Source of the DNA: Nitrospirales bacterium
Lineage (GTDB): Bacteria; Nitrospirota; Nitrospiria; Nitrospirales; UBA8639
Length of the DNA: 64,000 nucleotides
Direction of reading: 5' to 3'
Assembly: GCA_965203295.1 (NCBI GenBank)
Contig: CBDBCZ010000015.1
Span: 192,001 to 256,000 of the forward strand
Below, piece after piece: positions 56,091-64,000 of this stretch. How positions within the stretch are numbered: the stretch's first letter is position 1; each line of letters opens with the position of its first letter. The position numbers and the translations under genes are program-made. The notes below the pieces were generated by a model that was given only the letters and a program-made list of their open reading frames with translations, did not search any database and was not told where the DNA came from.

Positions 56091-56400
56091 TTGCCTTCCC
56101 TGGGAGAGTTTGTTGCGTTCACTCACACTGAATGGAGGAGCAGACCTCTCGTTGGGGAAGCGAAGGAGCTACTGCCAAAAACAGTGTGCATTCGCTGGTG
56201 GGAGGTGGCTACACAACCCCTCGGAAGGCATCAAACCGAAGACAGGGGAGACAGACGGTCCCATGGACTGAGGAAATTCCGAACGAGAGCATCATTCTTA
56301 ATTTCCAGTGGAAGATTAAGGATGGAAAAAGGACGCGCCTGCCACGAAAAATTAAGGAGAAACTCCAGGAACTTTATGGAAATTCATCAATAGTGTATAA
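56091..56400 (+). pseudogene. Orphan frameshifted terminal exon (possible Tudor/SH3-like domain of a transposon protein)
   Basis: Acceptor ttttttccatgcag, then LPSLGEFVAF..RPLVGEAKELLPKTVCIRWW, frameshift, GGYTT..VPWTEEIPNESIILNF..KEKLQELY. The two overlapping ORFs read as one protein-like sequence; the family assignment is weak. Confidence 0.35.
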
Positions 56401-56650
56401 ATGTATTGTAACAATATTATTTCTTTATCTCTTTTACTCCATCTCTGAAAACTTGAAAGATATAGTGTGATTTCACACAATTGGCATAAACCTTTTGGAC
56501 ATAAGCAAACTTCTTGAATGATTTGAGTAAAACTACTCAATTATGAGAGCTATAAGTCTATTTGTTGATGAAAGCTTTAATTGTATTTAGAGCAAATACA
56601 CAACAATTTGTCATTTTGGAAATTCCACACCGAAATCGGAAGTGCTTTGT

Positions 56651-58578
<1,928 letters not shown>

Positions 58579-59159
58579 TGCAGTGGATGCAGTTATCACA
58601 TTAATGCTTCTTTGTGCACACAGGTCTTTGCCTATACATATATGTTCTGTCTTTATCAGATTTGAGAGACATATTCAGTAAGCTAAGCCTGATTTTAGCA
58701 GCTGAGATAGTATTGCTGTAGTCAGAGCTACGTATCGTCAGATATACAGTAAGTTTAGTAGCATGGAAATTTAACTGCTTTGTAAGAGACGTGAATTTTA
58801 AAGCAGATTGAATTGGCCAGTAAAAACAAATGTCAGAAGTGATTCATGGTGTAAACACTCACAGCCAGCAGCTCTTTGGGACCAAACTTTGACTCCTCCT
58901 TATCTTCAGCTGCTTTCTTTTCTTCTTTCGCTCTGTAATGAGTCTGTAGGACAACAGGCAGACAGGCACACACGTTATCTAATAGGTAACTATTCTGGAA
59001 GTCCACACAAGTGGCCCACTACCACATGGAAACATCACTGTGGTCATGTACTTTGATTCTGCAAGAAACAACGCGAATGTAGCTAGGTCTACATAATATG
59101 TGAACTTAGTTACCGGAAATTACAAAAGTGATCGAGTGTCAGTGTAATAAATTGCCCTA

Positions 59160-61020
59160 CTTGGTACCGTTTGATAGACATCTGTGTGATTTCTGTTGGT
59201 TGATCGACATGAAGACAGCACGTACATACCAAAACCTTCTCACAACACTGTGTAAGTGATTAAGTTTTTTTCCTTTCACCATCAGAATCTGTACATGTCT
59301 ATCCAATGAACCATTATTAACAAATTCAATCCCCAAGAAACTGTAACTTGCAACCCTTGGAATGTCTTTATCTCCCCACTTTCGTGTAAATGTACCTGTA
59401 TCAACCTCTTTGGAAAATACCATAACAGCATTCTCCTTTACAAAATTCCTGTACTACATTAATCAACGTTTGTAAGTCCTCAGTATTAGTAATTAAACCT
59501 ACAAAATCATCAGCAAACATTAGACCACCAACATATAACATCAGTCTTAATAGTTATGCCAATCCCAGCCTTTGTGATCACATCTAACAACTGATTGGAA
59601 AATACATGCAGGATAGGAGACATATTACAAACCCGTACCACCCGACCTATATTGAATGATTTGGATTTAATCCCTCCAGTAAAACAGCACTCTGTGCGAT
59701 GTCATACATAGTCTTAATAATTATCTCTTCACATCCTACCTCTATCACCAAGTTCCCGTAAGCTATTATGCCAAACTGCGTCAAATGCTTTCTGAACATC
59801 TAACAAGAAAGTGTGTGTTTTCCTTCCCTAATTGTGCCTTGTATGATTTCATTTCGAGATAAAATGATATCAAACCAACTCCGGATCCTTTTGAAACTCT
59901 CTAAATCCTGCCTGACCCTCATGAAGAGCCCTTTCTGATTCTAATCTGATTACTAAGCGGTTATTTAGAATCTTGCAAAACCTACCCCATTTAATAGTGC
60001 GCTACCTCTGTAATTACACGAGTCCTCAGCATCACCTTTTTTATACAAGTTAACAATTGACCCTTGTCTGCGGAATACTCTCCTCTGTCCAAACTACTTC
60101 ATATAAAAATTTCAACAGACTAGCCATTCTGATCCTGTGACTAGAGGCAAGTTCATTTCCTGATGCCCCAGTCCATGTAGCAATCACTCTTACACTACCG
60201 AGCATGGCTGCCGGTACTCCAGCACGCACCGTAGTCCCACCATCACGAGTGACACTGACTGATAGGTCGGGGATTGAAAGGGTGTAAGCAAGAACATTAG
60301 CTCTGACTTCCTGGCTCCCTTCGGACTACTAGTCACTTTGCCCTCTATTCCAGCTTATAGTATTCTCGATACCTCAAAGCCTCATCTACTATCTCCGTAA
60401 TCTTCAGTACCTCTACACAGTTTCACTTCCCACTCTTGACTCTATATACGTAACCACCACTTAAGTTTGCACCTATTCCTCCTGCCTTTCAAAGATTCTA
60501 CCCCTATATCTTCCTTTATTGTTTCATTGCATATTTAATTTAATTTTTAGAAGAGCAGCCAAGTATTTTTAGCTGCTCCTACGTAGCTGAATAGATTCTA
60601 AAGAAGCTGTCTCCATATTACAAGCCCACACTTCACTACCATACTCTAAAGTGGGGCAAAGTAACAAAATTAACACTCCAACTGTATTGATATTTCTAAG
60701 TTTTTTCTTTCCACTTTTAATTACCCTCTGTACATGACTGTATCATGACCATTATAGACAATTCAATGCCCAAGTAACAGTAACTTGTAACCCTTTTATC
60801 TCCCCACTTCCATGTACATGTACCTGAACTATTAACCTCTTTAGAAAAATTAATATCATAACAGCCTCATATTTAATGTTGGACTTCAACCTCGGTTTAT
60901 TACAAAATTCTTATACTATGTTTGTAAGTCCTCAGCAGTAGTAGTTACATTAGACCCCCACTCTTATTAACACCATTCTTAATAGTTATTCCAATCCCAG
61001 CTTTGTCTAATTGATGGACA
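59160..61020 (-). mobile_element. Two degenerate LINE reverse-transcriptase fragments (same broad family as 8700-9507)
   Basis: Minus-strand motifs NLYKKGDAEDSCNYRG, QAGFR, LDVQKAFDAVWH, GGLMFADDFVG (FADD at 59517-59506), and in the second fragment PTLEYGSEVWA. Many stops and indels. Confidence 0.85.
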
Positions 61021-61289
61021 AATAGAAGTCAATCCATACAGTTCTATATAAACACGTGTTTAGAACCCCAAGAACACTTTTTTAATTCTGCTAATCCCTC
61101 TATCTAAAACTTCTCCTTCTGCAAACTACATATTTCACTATACCCTTGTCACTTTCTTTTGCACGTATATGCTCTATTCAGCTCTCATTATCCTAAGATG
61201 CTGTACCCAACCTTTCATAACGCTCACCTAATACTACTAATTGCAAATGAAAACGTAAAACTGTGGAATACTTATGGTGTCTGTTAATT

Positions 61290-63685
61290 TGGGTTCACTA
61301 AAGCAGTCTCACAAGCCAGCCCATGCACTTACACTCTGCAGCATGGATCACTTACAGTATTGGCATGTGGAAGAGACACTTCTGTGTGCTGATAGCCCGA
61401 TGCTGACACTCTTCCACATGCCATGCTGATACTGAAAGTGATCGATTAATTCTGTGACTACCACCAAAGATACCACATTCCCCAAGGAAAGTACAAATGT
61501 AGGGGACATTCAATCTACTTCCATAACAAGTTTACAGGAGGTAAGATGCAAATAGCCTTGTGTCAAAGTACCATCTGGTAAGTGTCCTACAAATACCTGT
61601 CCAATATTTCTTCTGATTTGACAACATGTTCACAAATGTAAGAGGGCCAATGTTCTGTAAGTGAACAAACATGCCACCATGGGTAGAGTAGAAAGAACTG
61701 AAACACTGACAGCTATTTCGGACTATTTGGGCTTGTCAGTGCAGTGATGGTGAGTGTAGACCACCTAGAGAGCTGACCAGCAACTCCCGGCTGACCAACA
61801 GCTATATACAGCTCTTATTTTGACTCACACCAGCCAAGCCTCCAGGAAATTAAAGCGGTCTAAGGTTCTACTGCAGTTTTAACTTATCTCTGGTGTCCCA
61901 ATCCTTCAATTACAATAGCAGAACTCCTCAAAACATGATTGATTTCCTAATCAACCCAAAACGTTAGCAACACCCCAACAGCCAGACACTGAAGGGAATA
62001 GGGTGAGGTAACTAATACCAAGCATGCCTAAGCCCACCTTCAAAGGGTACATAATACTGGACAGCATTGCTAATAGCAACACACTAACCAGCCTCGATTG
62101 TTCCCTCTTCAAAATTCAGGTTACCTGGGAACACCTGTGCATGGGCTGTGGGGCATGGGCAGGGTGATAACTTGCACCTACATTTGCACTGTTCTTGGGG
62201 CATGTGGTATCTTTGGGAACTTGCAATCCTAGAATCATAGGAACTAATCTGAATACCACCTTCATAGAAGCCTTGCTTGGTAGTTCATTATGAATCCGCA
62301 TACATAGAAGTAAACAATTAACACAAATCTCAACACCAATGAGCATTCAAACTTAAGGTTCTGCGATGTGCTAGTGAATACGTATGGTCACAGGAGGGTA
62401 TGTACATAATTATTACAAAGAGAAACTGAGCTAAACAAGTCTGCTGCCACATGATTACAGCTACATGCTAAGGGCTGCACAAACAAGAGCATATACGTAC
62501 AAAGAAAGTGACAAGGGTATAGTGAAATGTCTAGTTCACAGTTTTTGAATCAAACAGACGACTGGTCAAACGTACAATTTAATAACGCCCACACGATAGA
62601 TCTATGTGCGCATTTTAATAGATCAATAATTATATCATGCAAAGTTTATGAAAACAGGAGGGGCATCTTAACCCTAAATTAATTGGAACAGTAGCTACAC
62701 AATCATGCCACTCACATGCAAGTTTGATGTAGCTTCCTGACTGCAACAGATTGCATTTATGTCAGTACAGAAATTTGAAATAGCACTGACCTGCGTGGTA
62801 GAGGTTTGCAAAGCTCAAAACTTTATTGTGTAACAGATTGTAATGGGCAAAGAGTGTTTCTTATATGAAAGGCCTTGCAATTGAAAACGTACAACTGTAG
62901 AATATTCATAGAGTCTGGTTCACTAAAGTAGTTTCACAAGCCATCCCACTTACATTCTACAGCATGGATCACTTACAGTATTGGCATGTGGAAGAGACAT
63001 GTGCTGATAGCCTGATGCTGACACTCTTCCACATGCCATGCTGATACTGAAAGTAATCCGTTTGATTCTGTGACTACTACTGAAGTTACCACATGCCCTT
63101 AACGGAGACAAGAAAAGTACAAGTGTAGGCCAGTGCAAGTTGTCACCCCACCTCACCCATGCCCCACAGCCCATGCACAGGTGACACTCAATCTACTTCC
63201 ACAACAAATGTACACTTGTTTACACAACTGTGTGAACAAACAAATATAACTAGGAGTTAAGATGCAAAAAGCCTTGTGTCAAAGTACCATTTGGTAAGTG
63301 TTCTACAAATACCTGTTCAATCCTACTAATGCATTTCTTCTGATTTGAAAGCATGTCCACGTATGTAAGAGGGCCAATGCTCTGTAAGTATACAAACATT
63401 CTATCATAAGTAAAGTACAAAGAACTGAAACACTGACAGCTATTTGGGCTTTGTCAGTGTGGTGATGGTGTGTGTAGCACCTAGAGCTGACAAGCAGCTA
63501 CATACAGCTCTTAATTTGACTCACACCAGGTAAGCCTCCATGAACTAAAAGTGAACTAAGGTTCTACTGTAATTTAGCTTTTCTCTGGTCTCCTAATCCT
63601 CCAATTACAATAGAAAAACTACTGATAAACATGATTTGCTAAATCAACCCAAAAAGTTAGCAACACCCAACAGCCAGACACTGAA
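61290..63685. repeat. Diverged direct duplication (about 61290-61995 vs 62915-63685) with short inverted segments
   Basis: Shared blocks cagcatggatcacttacagtattggcatgtggaagagaca, agccttgtgtcaaagtacca and aacagccagacactgaag. Inverted pairs at about 61134-61160/62500-62527 and 62132-62159/63156-63183. Confidence 0.85.
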
Positions 63686-64000
63686 GCCAGACACACTAAT
63701 TTTTTTCCAGCCCAGTTGCCAGGGTAGGCTAAGGTTCCCCAGTGGTTTTTGATAATGACAAGATCATCATTGCACGACATGTCCAACTACCTCTGTGATT
63801 GCACAGCAACATGACTGTTTTCCAAGAGCGCATATATACTATTATATGCACTCATGCTGTTGACAGATATTGGTATTGTCATTACCACGGATCAGCAGCT
63901 GTTTGATAGAGATTCCTTAAGACCCAGTTACTCACTTATTGGTTCAATAAAGTGACACCTGTTAATTCCAAGTTTCAGCTAACTGTGAGTTATGATCCAG

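Overview
Intron-rich, AT-rich animal genomic DNA. The repeat landscape reminds me of a demosponge, but that is inference and cannot be proven from this window. Three host genes can be spliced together by hand. (1) TRAPPC13 on the minus strand: 7 exons visible, running off the left edge. (2) OXCT1/SCOT (succinyl-CoA:3-oxoacid CoA transferase) on the plus strand: 16 exons, about 537 aa, head-to-head with TRAPPC13 with only 160 bp between the ATGs. It contains a U12-type minor-spliceosome intron and a probable GC-AG intron. (3) A full-architecture TUT4/TUT7-type terminal uridylyltransferase on the plus strand: 31 coding exons, about 1443 aa, whose two nucleotidyltransferase halves keep matching intron phases and exon sizes. 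A decayed partial duplicate of TRAPPC13 lies about 55 kb away. Introns and intergenic DNA hold many mobile elements: Penelope-like retroelements (one with a hammerhead-ribozyme remnant, one Naiad-like with pseudo-LTRs), a Gypsy/Gmr1-like remnant with a tandem tRNA-Leu PBS, LINE remnants, two tRNA-derived SINE families, a pogo-derived MITE carrying a HIRAN fragment, hairpin MITEs with 9-bp TSDs, a hAT5-like MITE and a 562-bp palindrome built from an unclassified element. Gene models and family assignments come from manual translation and recalled motifs; no database search was run.
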